A stretch of 64,000 nucleotides of DNA from Nitrosopumilus sp. (GCA_965218695.1 OZ244651.1:2232337-2296336); one strand, 5' to 3'; counted from the stretch's first letter, positions 18,149 through 27,666 are shown. Notes: a model not told the origin generated them from the sequence alone. Numbers and translations: made by a program.

Positions 18149-19414
18149 ATGGGCGTCTCAAGCCAGCTGACCGTCGTCATAGTTGGTGCAATAATAGCAG
18201 CTGCAATCGTGGCAGTACCATTCATTACACCTGTAAAACAGGACACCGGGATTATCTCCGATCCCGGATTGGTAGTCGTTCCGGCAGAACCCGCAGAGGC
18301 GACAGGCCAGCAGACGCTGGAGGCAGTGTCTGCCCTGTCAGAGAAGGTGTCTGCCCTGTCAGAGAAGGTGTCTGCCCTGTCGGGGCAGGGTGGATCTACG
18401 GAAGGCATTCCCTTAGGGACTGCATCGAATGCTCCAACGGAGGCCTCCCTAATGGAGATATTTGAGAGAGCAGAGCCTGGAGTGGTCAGGGTCAACGTAG
18501 AGAGGGTGATCATGGATAATGAAGGGCAGACGGTGGGATCAGGATTCGTCTTTGACACGGAGGGGCACGTCATCACCAATGCACACGTAGTCCAGGACGC
18601 ACAAAAGGTGGTAGTCACATTTCTTGACGGAAGATCATACAAGGCAGAGATCATAGGGGCAGACGAGTCTGCTGACGTTGCAGTAATCAGGGTGGATGCA
18701 GACGCATTGCTTTTGCATCCGCTGATGCTTGGCAACTCATCCAATCTCCGCGTGGGGGAGTCAGTGGCGGCCATAGGAAATCCGTTTGGCCTGTCAGGAT
18801 CAATGACGGCAGGGATAATCAGCCAGCTAGGAAGGCTCCTTCCGTCAAACACGGGATACTCCATACCGGACGTAATCCAGACAGACACTGCAATCAATCC
18901 TGGGAACTCCGGCGGTCCGCTTTTGAACATGATGGGGGAGACTGTGGGGATCAACACTGCAATCCAGTCGGCCACAGGGGAATTTACAGGTGTGGGATTT
19001 GCAATTCCTTCACAGACCATCAAAAAGATAATACCCATACTGATCGAGACCGGGGAGTACAGGCACCCGTGGGTTGGAATCTCAGGAACCGACATCTATC
19101 CGGATTTGGCCGACGTTTTAGGACTGGAAGAGTCCATAGGATTCCTGATCGTGACTGTCGTGGAGGACAGCCCTGCATTCAATGGGGGGCTCAGGGGTTC
19201 AGACGAGACCATCCAGGCTGACGGGACAGACTATCAGGTAGGCGGGGATGTCATATTATCGGTGGACGGAACAGACGTCAGAAAGATCGATGACATCCTG
19301 ATACACCTTCAGAGGGTAAAGACGGTAGGAGACGAGATGGTTTTGGGAATTCTAAGGGACGGCCAGACCATTGATGTTACAATCGTGCTGCAGGCAAGGC
19401 CTGGCCCGAACTAG
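18149..19414 (+). CDS. HtrA/DegP-family serine protease with PDZ domain
   Basis: 421-aa ORF with a TM anchor, triad contexts TNAHVV, DVAVIRVD and GNSGGPLL, and a C-terminal PDZ-like region. Confidence 0.9.
   Translation: MGVSSQLTVVIVGAIIAAAIVAVPFITPVKQDTGIISDPGLVVVPAEPAEATGQQTLEAVSALSEKVSALSEKVSALSGQGGSTEGIPLGTASNAPTEASLMEIFERAEPGVVRVNVERVIMDNEGQTVGSGFVFDTEGHVITNAHVVQDAQKVVVTFLDGRSYKAEIIGADESADVAVIRVDADALLLHPLMLGNSSNLRVGESVAAIGNPFGLSGSMTAGIISQLGRLLPSNTGYSIPDVIQTDTAINPGNSGGPLLNMMGETVGINTAIQSATGEFTGVGFAIPSQTIKKIIPILIETGEYRHPWVGISGTDIYPDLADVLGLEESIGFLIVTVVEDSPAFNGGLRGSDETIQADGTDYQVGGDVILSVDGTDVRKIDDILIHLQRVKTVGDEMVLGILRDGQTIDVTIVLQARPGPN
18326..18381. repeat. 21-bp tandem repeat GTGTCTGCCCTGTCAGAGAAG, 2.7 copies
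   Basis: Perfect units at 18326-18346 and 18347-18367, plus a 14-nt partial unit. It encodes the heptad VSALSEK in the HtrA linker. Confidence 0.95.
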
Positions 19415-19508
19415 ATACGTTTCATGATGGCCCACATGCATCGCCGGCACTGGCAGAGGGGTCTGAATCGACACAAGCATAAATACAGCCAACCCGGAAT
19501 CCATTCTA

Positions 19509-20678
19509 TTGAACAAGCTTGTATTAAACTCGGAGAGTTTAAACGGCATATTGGATAACAGGGCAGTCACGCGTCAGGAACTAGTCGAAATTTATCAAGA
19601 TGCCACAAGGAATCCTGGCGAGCTGTTCTCAACGGCACAGACCCTGCGAAGGAGGTTCAAGGGGGACGCAGTCACGTTCTCAAAAAAGGCGTTCCTCAAC
19701 ATAGTCAACCTGTGCAGGGACACATGCACGTACTGCACATACAAGGCAGAACCCGGGGAGGAGAAGGCATCGATGATGTCATGGCAGCAGACTACAGACA
19801 TGCTGCATCTTGCAAAAAGATACAGGTGCGTAGAGGCGCTTTTTGTTACCGGCGAGAGCCCGGAACACAGATACGCCGAGGCGCGGGAGTGGCTGGCAGA
19901 CAACGGGTTTGGAACCACGGCAGAGTACCTGATTCACGCGTCAGAGGCCGCACTGGAGATCGGCTTGTTCCCACACACAAACGCAGGAAACCTGAGCATG
20001 GAGGACATGAGGGAGTTGAAAAAGACGAACGTCTCCATGGGCCTGATGCTTGAGAACGTAAGCGAGAGGCTGACTGAGAGGGGAATGCCCCATCACATGG
20101 CGGCAAGCAAGAGGCCGGAGGCCAGAATGCAGACGCTCGTGGATGCGGGAAGGCTTCAAATCCCCATGACTACGGGAATACTGATTGGCATAGGAGAGAC
20201 TGCAGAGGAGACCATCGATTCCCTTCTTGCAATAAGGGACATTCATCACAGGCATGGAAACATACAGGAGATAATTCTGCAGAACTTTCAGCCAAAACCA
20301 GATACCGGGATGCACGGCTGTCCGCCTGCCGGCCACGACCACTTTAAGATAATTGTGGCCCTTGCAAGAGTCATCATGCCTGAGATGAACATCCAGATTC
20401 CGCCCAACCTCTCCCCCGAATCATACCAAGAGTTCCTCACAGTCGGGATAAACGACTGGGGCGGGATATCCCCAATTACGCCGGATCATGTCAATCCGGA
20501 GTTTGCATGGCCCGAGATCGGCACGGTGGAGAAGAGATCGGCAGACGCAGGATTCAGGCTCGGCTGCAGGTTTCCGGTGTATCCGGAGTTCCTTGGAATG
20601 ATCGGCGGCAGGCTCAGGGAGAAGATCTCAGCAATCGAAGACGGGAAGGGACTTGTAAGGGAGGAGTACTGGAGATGA
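19509..20678 (+). CDS. cofG: FO synthase subunit 1 (7,8-didemethyl-8-hydroxy-5-deazariboflavin synthase)
   Basis: 389-aa ORF with the radical-SAM motif CRDTCTYCTY. TTG start, with no in-frame Met before residue 89. Confidence 0.85.
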   Translation: MNKLVLNSESLNGILDNRAVTRQELVEIYQDATRNPGELFSTAQTLRRRFKGDAVTFSKKAFLNIVNLCRDTCTYCTYKAEPGEEKASMMSWQQTTDMLHLAKRYRCVEALFVTGESPEHRYAEAREWLADNGFGTTAEYLIHASEAALEIGLFPHTNAGNLSMEDMRELKKTNVSMGLMLENVSERLTERGMPHHMAASKRPEARMQTLVDAGRLQIPMTTGILIGIGETAEETIDSLLAIRDIHHRHGNIQEIILQNFQPKPDTGMHGCPPAGHDHFKIIVALARVIMPEMNIQIPPNLSPESYQEFLTVGINDWGGISPITPDHVNPEFAWPEIGTVEKRSADAGFRLGCRFPVYPEFLGMIGGRLREKISAIEDGKGLVREEYWR

Positions 20679-21937
20679 CGGTTACAGAGGCACTTCTCAG
20701 GAATGCAGACCCGGTCATCGCAGGCATTTTGGACAGGGCACTTTCTGACAGGGAGGTATCTGCCAGAGACGGACTGGCGCTGTACGGCGCTACGGGCACG
20801 GACTTTCATCTTGTAGGGATGGCAGCCGACGAGATCAGGAGGAAGAGGATCGGGGATGTTGTGACGTACGTGGTAAACAGGAACATCAACTTTACAAACG
20901 TCTGCATAAAGCAGTGCGGCTTTTGCGCATTCAGCAGGGACTTTAGGGAGGAGGAGGGCTACCTTCTTCCAGTCGAGGAGATCGTCCGGAGGGCAAAGGA
21001 GGCCCACAGCCTGGGGGCAACCGAGGTCTGCATCCAGGCAGGACTGCCGCCGGACATGCCAGGCGACATGTACGAGAACATCTGCAGGGAGATCAAGAGG
21101 GAGATTCCGGATATCCACATACACGGATTCTCACCAGAGGAGATCCTTTACGGCGCACAGAGACTGCAGGTACCGGTGAGGGAGTTTCTCAAAAGGATGA
21201 AGGATGCGGGGATCGGCACCCTGCCCGGGACATCAGCTGAGATCCTCAACCAGGAGCTGAGGGACAAGATATCCCCGGGAAGGATAAGCGTGAGGGACTG
21301 GGAGCACGTGATCAAGGAGGCGCACAGAATCGGGATAAACACCACGTCCACGATGATGTTCGGGCACCTGGAGACCCTCAAGGACAGGATAGAGCACATC
21401 GTGAGGCTGAGGGATATCCAAAAGGAGACGGGAGGGTTCACGGAGTTTGTGCCGCTGGACTTTGTCCATAACGAGGCGCCCATGTACACCCGCCACATCC
21501 ACGAGGGAATCAAGCCGGGCGGCAGCGGCAACGACGTGCTCCTCACACACGCCATTGCGAGAATCATGCTCAACAACTCCATCAACAACATACAGATGTC
21601 ATGGGTAAAGGAGGGGCAGAAACTCTCCCAGCTGCTGCTCATGTGGGGCGCAAACGACTTTGGCGGAACGCTGATCAACGAGAGCATATCCACGTCTGCA
21701 GGCGCAGACCACGGGCAGCTGCTAAGGCCCATGGAGATCAGAAGGATGGCAAGGGAGATAGGAAGGGTTCCGGCCGAGAGGGACACCGTGTATAACATCC
21801 TGAAAAGGTTTGACGGGGAGGACGAGGGCATGGAGGAGAAGGGACTGGATGCAGTCACAGACACGTCCCGCTTTGGATCATACGCGGAGCTGATAAAGAT
21901 CAACAGGTTCAACTACAAGAATCCAAGAAAGAGTTGA
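20675..21937 (+). CDS. cofH: FO synthase subunit 2
   Basis: Radical-SAM motif CIKQCGFCAF. The track ORF starts at 20507, but MTVTEALL (ATG at 20675) overlaps the cofG stop as ATGA. Confidence 0.85.
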   Translation: MTVTEALLRNADPVIAGILDRALSDREVSARDGLALYGATGTDFHLVGMAADEIRRKRIGDVVTYVVNRNINFTNVCIKQCGFCAFSRDFREEEGYLLPVEEIVRRAKEAHSLGATEVCIQAGLPPDMPGDMYENICREIKREIPDIHIHGFSPEEILYGAQRLQVPVREFLKRMKDAGIGTLPGTSAEILNQELRDKISPGRISVRDWEHVIKEAHRIGINTTSTMMFGHLETLKDRIEHIVRLRDIQKETGGFTEFVPLDFVHNEAPMYTRHIHEGIKPGGSGNDVLLTHAIARIMLNNSINNIQMSWVKEGQKLSQLLLMWGANDFGGTLINESISTSAGADHGQLLRPMEIRRMAREIGRVPAERDTVYNILKRFDGEDEGMEEKGLDAVTDTSRFGSYAELIKINRFNYKNPRKS

Positions 21938-23289
21938 CCTCCCTAGAGGATGCGCTGACCCATTCGAGGAACGCAGGAATCGACGAGTGCGAGATAGTCC
22001 GCGCGACAAGAAGGGTCACCACAGTACGAATAACCGATTCGGCAATAGCAGAAGTCAAGCAGGGCCTGGATGACAGGTACGGAATCAGGCTGATTCACCA
22101 GAAGAGGATTGCCTCTATTCAGACGGCCAGCAGCGATGATCTGCGGGGATCCGTTGACGATGCGCTGAATTCGTCAAAGAGCCTCAGGCCCAGGGAGTTC
22201 TGGGGCGGGCTGCCGCACGCAGCACGTCCCGTGCAGCTCGAGGGTACGTTTGATGAGAGACTCAGGGACGTCTCGGGGGCAACGGCTGCAGACATTGCAC
22301 AGGACATGATAAACTCGGCTGCAGACGACAGGGTTGACACCGTTACAGGATCGCTTAACATAGTCTCGGAGCGTTTTGAGATAGAAAATTCCAACGGACT
22401 GCACCACGCAGACGATGCAACGTACATTGCAGGAATCATCAATGCAGACTCTGAACACGGAGTCGTGCCGGTATCCGGCATCGGCCACTCCAGTGCAAGA
22501 ACCCTGTCGGGCTTTTCGGCAGGACGTGCAGGACAGGACGCAAGGGAGATGTGCATCGGGTCAATAAACCCGCAGAAGATAGAGCCTGCAAGATACTCGG
22601 TAATACTTGAGCCGTATTCGGTGGGAGAGCTGCTCTCGTTTGTCGTCGCGCCAAACTTCAACCTCAAGACGTTTGCAGAAAAGAGGAGCTGCTTTGCAGG
22701 CAGGATTGGGGAGAGGATTGCAGCAGAGGAACTGAGCATGGCCGACGACCCACACATGCCAGAGGGGATAGGGACAAGATCCATAGACGACGAGGGCGTG
22801 GGCACCCAAAAGAGGCTGCTCATAGACAGGGGCGTCATGAGGGGCACCTTTTCAAACATGCTTGACGGCTACAGGGAGGGGACAGAGTCGTCTGGAAACG
22901 CCACAAGGCATGGCATCCCGATGGGCCGAAGCTGTGATCCAGTTCCGGACTCTGCTGCACACAACCTGACAATAGAACCCGGCAGAATGTCCCAAGACGA
23001 GATGATAAGGGATACCAGAAGAGGGCTGCTGGTCGGGAGGCTCTGGTATACGTATCCGGTAAATCCCATCAGGGGCGACTTTTCATGTACGGCAAGAAGC
23101 GGGATAAGGATAATCAAGGACGGCACAGTTGTTCCAGGAGTGCCAGTCAGGATAATACACAACCTACATGCCATGCTTGGCAGCATCTCGGGGATTGGAA
23201 GCGACCAGAGAAGCGTCATTCAATGGGCATCGCGCCCGGCAGCCGCACCGTCAGTCAGGATAGACGGCGTCCCGGTAGAGGCCATATGA
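21934..23289 (+). CDS. pmbA: PmbA/TldE-family peptidase component
   Basis: 451-aa ORF with the family-typical N-terminus (...VTTVRITDSAIAEVKQG...) and C-terminal GDFS...IKDG. It lacks HExxxH. Its TTG start overlaps the cofH stop (TTGA). Confidence 0.8.
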   Translation: MTSLEDALTHSRNAGIDECEIVRATRRVTTVRITDSAIAEVKQGLDDRYGIRLIHQKRIASIQTASSDDLRGSVDDALNSSKSLRPREFWGGLPHAARPVQLEGTFDERLRDVSGATAADIAQDMINSAADDRVDTVTGSLNIVSERFEIENSNGLHHADDATYIAGIINADSEHGVVPVSGIGHSSARTLSGFSAGRAGQDAREMCIGSINPQKIEPARYSVILEPYSVGELLSFVVAPNFNLKTFAEKRSCFAGRIGERIAAEELSMADDPHMPEGIGTRSIDDEGVGTQKRLLIDRGVMRGTFSNMLDGYREGTESSGNATRHGIPMGRSCDPVPDSAAHNLTIEPGRMSQDEMIRDTRRGLLVGRLWYTYPVNPIRGDFSCTARSGIRIIKDGTVVPGVPVRIIHNLHAMLGSISGIGSDQRSVIQWASRPAAAPSVRIDGVPVEAI

Positions 23290-23492
23290 GGAGTCACCAC
23301 CCCTCTTTGAAGAATGCCAGGGCCAAGTATGCAGCAGCAGCAGGCAGCAGCATAACCGCCCCCAGCCTGTCTTATTCCCGTACCGTGTGACTTGACATGC
23401 ATTGAAACAATCACTCTCTCCCCCCAAAAGAGAGTCCCATCGGCAGAATGCATGCCCAGGCAGATCCCGGATCCTGACACGTGGCCGGCTCC

Positions 23493-23544
23493 GGTTCTGT
23501 GAAGTTGTAGGTACATAGGCATGAATATGGATCTTCTCCAGATT
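23493..23544 (+). repeat. left 52-bp terminal inverted repeat
   Basis: GGTTCTGTGAAGTTGTAGGTACATAGGCATGAATATGGATCTTCTCCAGATT. Confidence 0.9.
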
Positions 23545-23600
23545 GATGCTCGGGAGGGCACTGTTCAGAATTGTGGATCAATGTTAAATCATGCCAAGCC

Positions 23601-23720
23601 AGATCATCTATGGTAACCCGTCCCCGGACCTATCCTTGCCTTGCGTCCGGCTTGCCACTTTGTGTATGCCTTTTGCCCTCTTAAGCATTATCTGCGGACA
23701 GAATCCTGCCAGATCCGCAG
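23601..23720. repeat. about 120-bp repeat arm shared with 34047-34319
   Basis: AGATCATCTATGGTAACCCGTCCCCGG...CTTAAGCATTATCTGCGGACAGAATCCTGCCAGATCCGCAG aligns by eye with both inverted arms of the palindromic element at 34047-34319. Confidence 0.75.
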
Positions 23721-23773
23721 AAGATACGGCTGTTTGCCCCGCGACGTGACATGCATAATCCCTTCCGGGGGGT

Positions 23774-23792
23774 CTGGGGGGCGTCCCCCCAG
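23774..23792. other. perfect GC hairpin (8-bp stem CTGGGGGG/CCCCCCAG, 3-nt loop)
   Basis: Seen directly in the sequence. It lies about 90 nt downstream of the IS110-type gene on the minus strand. Confidence 0.6.
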
Positions 23793-23881
23793 CATTCATG
23801 TAAAAACATCCCGTCATTCCCATAATTTGTGCACAGCATCCGCTATATCCGGCAGGTCTGCTGACGTCACCGGTTCTGCGT

Positions 23882-24955
23882 CTACACCCTCATCAGCTTC
23901 TTCATCTTGGTGCGGTACAGCGTCTTGTTCCTGTCCACGTACAGGGTGCCGTCCGACAGCATATGCCATATGATCGTCAGCATCTTGTTTGCGACGTGCG
24001 TCATGGCAATGTACGGCTTGTGCCTCTTGATCAGGCGGGCATAGTACCCCTTCATCCTCACGTCGTGGTGCGCTGCGACCATCGCGCACTGGATCATCAC
24101 CCAGTTGACCTTCCGGTTCGAATCCTTCTTCATCCTGCCGTGGTACAACGTGTCGCCGGACTGGTGGAGCGTGGGACACATCCCGGCCCAAGACACGAGC
24201 TTCTTTGGGCTGTCAAACCTTTCGATGCCGTCGATCTCCGCTGACACGAGTGCAACCGAGAACACGCTCATCCCCGTCATGCTCAGTATTTTGGAGCTGT
24301 AGCTGCCGCTGACGTAGCGCCTGATCTCGCCTTCGGTCTTTTTTATCTCGCCGTTGTAGTGCCTTATCCTGGATATGCAGCGGTCAAGGACGAACCTGTC
24401 GTGGACGCTTCCCATGTCCGCCCCCACGAGGTATTCCAGTACCTTCTCGCTCCAGACGTCTTGTCCACCGTCCTTGGGGCTGATGTCGTACTTGTCAGTC
24501 AGCGTGTGCCCGAAGTTGATCTCGCTTGTCCTGTCCTGCACCAGACGGATCTGGTATCTGATGACCTGCTTTATCCCACGGGATTCCGTGGATCCTATGT
24601 GGCATGCGGGAACCAAATCGGCCCTGAGCAGGTGGGCAAGCGTCCTTGCGTCGACGGTGTCGTTCTTTATGCTGGCCCACGCGATTGCCTTGATCTTGAA
24701 CGGGTTGGCAAGGTCGATGGGGATTCCCGCCTGCTCAAACGCGTCTGCCGTCTTTATCCAGTGGTTTCCGGTAGACTCGCAGACCGCCCTGCACTGCCCG
24801 TATTCGGTCCTGGCACTTGCCGCAAACTCGGAGGCGCCTGCCACGGTGTTGGCGTACGAGGATTCCTCGAGAATGTTTCCCTTTGAATCCATTATGCACG
24901 TGACGCACTTCCTCTTTCCAATGTCTATTCCGATACTCTTTTCTATTTTTCTCAC
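23882..24955 (-). CDS. IS110-family DEDD recombinase/transposase
   Basis: 357-aa ORF with IGIDIGKRK, CESTGNHW, NDTVDARTLAHLLRADL and the C-terminal LVSWAGMCPTLHQSGD (Transposase_20-like). Confidence 0.88.
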   Translation of the reverse strand: MRKIEKSIGIDIGKRKCVTCIMDSKGNILEESSYANTVAGASEFAASARTEYGQCRAVCESTGNHWIKTADAFEQAGIPIDLANPFKIKAIAWASIKNDTVDARTLAHLLRADLVPACHIGSTESRGIKQVIRYQIRLVQDRTSEINFGHTLTDKYDISPKDGGQDVWSEKVLEYLVGADMGSVHDRFVLDRCISRIRHYNGEIKKTEGEIRRYVSGSYSSKILSMTGMSVFSVALVSAEIDGIERFDSPKKLVSWAGMCPTLHQSGDTLYHGRMKKDSNRKVNWVMIQCAMVAAHHDVRMKGYYARLIKRHKPYIAMTHVANKMLTIIWHMLSDGTLYVDRNKTLYRTKMKKLMRV

Positions 24956-25149
24956 CTCCCTTTTGCTTGTGGCAGGCCGGAAGCTGCAAACATCTATCAG
25001 GGCTCGGAACCCAGTAACACAGCAGCTCGGATGGCCCCATTCACTAAACAGGCCTTGATGGCCATGATCTGATAGGGGTCGGCCCGCTACGTATGGTGGG
25101 CGTGTGGGGTTATCATGCGTTCACCAAAAATGAACAGTACCTACTGGAA

Positions 25150-26913
25150 GTAATTGTTTCGCTTTTTGAAGTAACCGGATGGCCTAGCGGACATCCATGG
25201 TACCGGGAATGAATCTAATAATTTCGTACTCGGGATGACAAAGTTAGACCATCGCGATCCAAGTACGAGTGGGTGCCAGTCCCTTCGATCTTTGGAAATG
25301 AAGGAACCAGCACGCCGAACATGCTTGGAGGCGGAGGAATTTAAGGCAATGCACGAACACTCCTTGCCGCAAATCCCGCTGGATGCCGGGGCGTGCATGG
25401 AACCAGGGTGCAGGTGCTGCCTGCACTGGGCAAAAATGTTCGGCGACGTGCTAGGCCCAACCCGCAAGATCCTGGAGGCAGCCTGCGAAATTGCAGGCGA
25501 GTCGGGCGCAGACTGGAAGGAGGCCGGGCGCCTGCAGGCGCTCGTCTCGTCCCTCACAGAGGACAACAAGAGGTACGCCAAGACAAACAGGGATCTCAAC
25601 GCCAAGGCAAACGGGATCAGCGTCCCCGCGCCCAAGAAGAAGGCCGGTCAGGGAAAGAAGGCCGCCGGCAGGCCCAAGGGGCAGAAACCCACCGTCAACT
25701 GCAGGCCAAAGCGCGTGGACCGCGTCGAGGAGATCGACTGCAAGGAGTGCCCCGACTGCGGCGGCGGGCTCTCTGGGAGGGTGACTGCCGAGTACGATCG
25801 CATCGTGACTGTCATGCGCGTCCTGTTGGAGAACGTCAGGTACGTCATCAAGCGGCGCTGGTGCCGCGTGTGCAAAAGACAGGTCTCCGGGAGGGTTCCC
25901 GGCGCGGCAAAACACGCGCGCCGTTCATCAAACTTTGACGCGGTCATGACGTCCCTGAACATGAATGGCATGTCGCATGCCAGGACCGCAGAATTTGGCG
26001 GCGACGCGTTGGGGCACGTAACCTCGCGCTCGTCTGCCTACCGCGGCAAGATCAGGCAGGCCGGGCGCATGGCGCCGGAACGCGATTCGGTAAGGGAGCG
26101 CGTGCTGGAGGCGCCACACCTGAACGTAGACGAGTTTCACTGGCCGCTGGGCGGCAAGCGCGGCTACGGGATAGTGGCTCTGGCAAAAAATCACTGCCTC
26201 GTGGAGGTGGCCGACTCGCGGGACATCAAGACGCTCCGCCAGACGCTCCCGGGCTACCGGGGAACCATAACGCAGGACTCGTATCCCGGGTGGCTCCACG
26301 TGGGATCGTGCCGCCAGATGTGCGTGTGGCACCAGGAACGCCTGGTGCAAAAGGACGTCCTGACCAACCCCGGGGGTGACGTTCCGGCGTTTCTGGACAG
26401 GCTGTCGGCAATCCACATGAAGATTTACCGCGCCTCCAGGATCAAGGACCGGCACCCAAGGATCGTCGCTGCCCGCTGCATAGACGCGGAGCTGCGCGAG
26501 CTGATGAACGAACCGTTTGCAGGCGACGGGGACGGCACCATCGCCCGGCACAAGAAGAGGTACCCGCGGGAGGGATATTTCATGACCACCTGCCTGCACG
26601 TGGACGGCATCGAGCCTGACAACAACGCAGTCGAGAGGGCCAACCGGAGGTTCGTGGCCGTAAGGAGCGACGGGGGCGGGAACCGCTCCAGGAAGGGCAT
26701 GGATGCCAACTCGATCCTGTTCACGCTGCTGGCAACTGACAGGATCAACAAGGACAGCTTCTTTGATCACCTGGTCCGCTCGTCTTCCGGGGACGGATGA
26801 GGCGCCGTCCGACGGCACGTGCAGTGCGTCACGGGGAAAAAGAGTCCACGGTAAGGGGAAGGCTGCACCCGCTCCGCTGCCAAGCAGCCCACTTCAAAAA
26901 GCGAAACTATTAC
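25150..26913 (+). mobile_element. IS66-family insertion sequence, single-ORF type (1764 bp)
   Basis: TIR GTAATTGTTTCGCTTTTTGAAGT (25150-25172) matches the reverse complement of 26891-26913 at 22 of 23. The 8-bp TSD is TACTGGAA (25142-25149 and 26914-26921). Confidence 0.9.
25235..26800 (+). CDS. IS66-family transposase (TnpC-like)
   Basis: 521-aa ORF with the zinc-ribbon CPDCGG...CRVCK and the motifs NVDEFHW, TQDSYPGW and DNNAVERANRRFV. Confidence 0.88.
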   Translation: MTKLDHRDPSTSGCQSLRSLEMKEPARRTCLEAEEFKAMHEHSLPQIPLDAGACMEPGCRCCLHWAKMFGDVLGPTRKILEAACEIAGESGADWKEAGRLQALVSSLTEDNKRYAKTNRDLNAKANGISVPAPKKKAGQGKKAAGRPKGQKPTVNCRPKRVDRVEEIDCKECPDCGGGLSGRVTAEYDRIVTVMRVLLENVRYVIKRRWCRVCKRQVSGRVPGAAKHARRSSNFDAVMTSLNMNGMSHARTAEFGGDALGHVTSRSSAYRGKIRQAGRMAPERDSVRERVLEAPHLNVDEFHWPLGGKRGYGIVALAKNHCLVEVADSRDIKTLRQTLPGYRGTITQDSYPGWLHVGSCRQMCVWHQERLVQKDVLTNPGGDVPAFLDRLSAIHMKIYRASRIKDRHPRIVAARCIDAELRELMNEPFAGDGDGTIARHKKRYPREGYFMTTCLHVDGIEPDNNAVERANRRFVAVRSDGGGNRSRKGMDANSILFTLLATDRINKDSFFDHLVRSSSGDG

Positions 26914-26969
26914 TACTGGAACAAGAAAAGGGTGCGTTAGGACTTTTCCTGCTTGTCGACCCGTGTTTT

Positions 26970-27287
26970 CTATATGGAATTCCATGACATTATGATGGGA
27001 GGACCGAAACAGGCCGGACCTATGGAAACCGCCTGCCCGCCCGTGAGGCCAATGCCGATGACTACCATGGGCATCACGTACCACCACTTGAACCTCTTTG
27101 CCTTCCATACGCCGACTGTCGCCATCGTGGCGAATATCGCCGTCGCGGCCGGCCCTAGGCACCACACTACCCCTGGAAAGTTCAGCCACATAACAATCAT
27201 GGCCAGTTGGTACGCGGCCCCGATTATGCCCGCGCCGGCAAACCACGCGTATGCATTTCTGGTAAAAAAAAGGAGGGTGGGATGCAT
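26970..27287 (-). CDS. small polytopic membrane protein, hypothetical (cargo of the TIR element)
   Basis: 105-aa ORF with about three hydrophobic helices. Confidence 0.35.
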   Translation of the reverse strand: MHPTLLFFTRNAYAWFAGAGIIGAAYQLAMIVMWLNFPGVVWCLGPAATAIFATMATVGVWKAKRFKWWYVMPMVVIGIGLTGGQAVSIGPACFGPPIIMSWNSI

Positions 27288-27311
27288 CAGTCTACTGTGT
27301 AAAAGAAGGCA

Positions 27312-27350
27312 CTGGTAAATTTAGGTGATTAGATCACCCTAATTTACCAG
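27312..27350. other. imperfect palindrome / hairpin
   Basis: CTGGTAAATT-TA-GGTGAT tag ATCACC-CT-AATTTACCAG gives a 10-bp plus 6-bp stem with a 2x2 internal loop. It is followed by a C10 run at 27360-27369 and lies just downstream of the 27369-27566 ORF. Confidence 0.5.
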
Positions 27351-27368
27351 AGTCACTGACCCCCCCCC

Positions 27369-27566
27369 CTAGGCTTTCAAGAGATCGCGGATCAGATTGG
27401 CAGAATCTGCCTTCTTTTGTTGTTTCAGGTGGGCCTTGTTGCTACTGTGTATCACCCAAGCTATCAGACAACTGGCTACGAGTCCTATGGCAGATCCGAT
27501 TATTGTACCCAATTCTATCAATTCTAACAATGAAAGCCCGAATATTGGACTTATGTCCGTTATCAA
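27369..27566 (-). CDS. small membrane protein, hypothetical (cargo of the TIR element)
   Basis: 65-aa ORF with a hydrophobic N-terminal half and a K/Q-rich tail. Confidence 0.35.
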   Translation of the reverse strand: MITDISPIFGLSLLELIELGTIIGSAIGLVASCLIAWVIHSSNKAHLKQQKKADSANLIRDLLKA

Positions 27567-27666
27567 TGAGAAGTATCCATGCTTGGCACTTATGTGAAGT
27601 ATTTTTTCGTCACCGAACTCAATTCAGAGAAGACTCATTTCCAGCTCCCGTAAACCCGACAGAACC

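Noticed and set aside
20507-20674. N-terminal extensions of several track ORFs: cofH from 20507, the IS481-like transposase from 51228, the Ig-repeat protein from 40597, the receiver from 60310, aspS from 62654 and ferritin up to 9090
   Set aside because: The extensions overlap the neighbouring gene or have low-complexity, non-protein-like sequence. In each case an internal ATG coincides with the family-typical N-terminus, a signal peptide, or a stop/start overlap.
23220-23561. ORFs 23220-23561 (-) and 27503-27706 (+) share the peptide IWRRSIFMPMY
   Set aside because: The shared peptide is just the translation of the 52-bp terminal inverted repeats. The first ORF also overlaps the 3' end of pmbA. 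Neither is a real gene.
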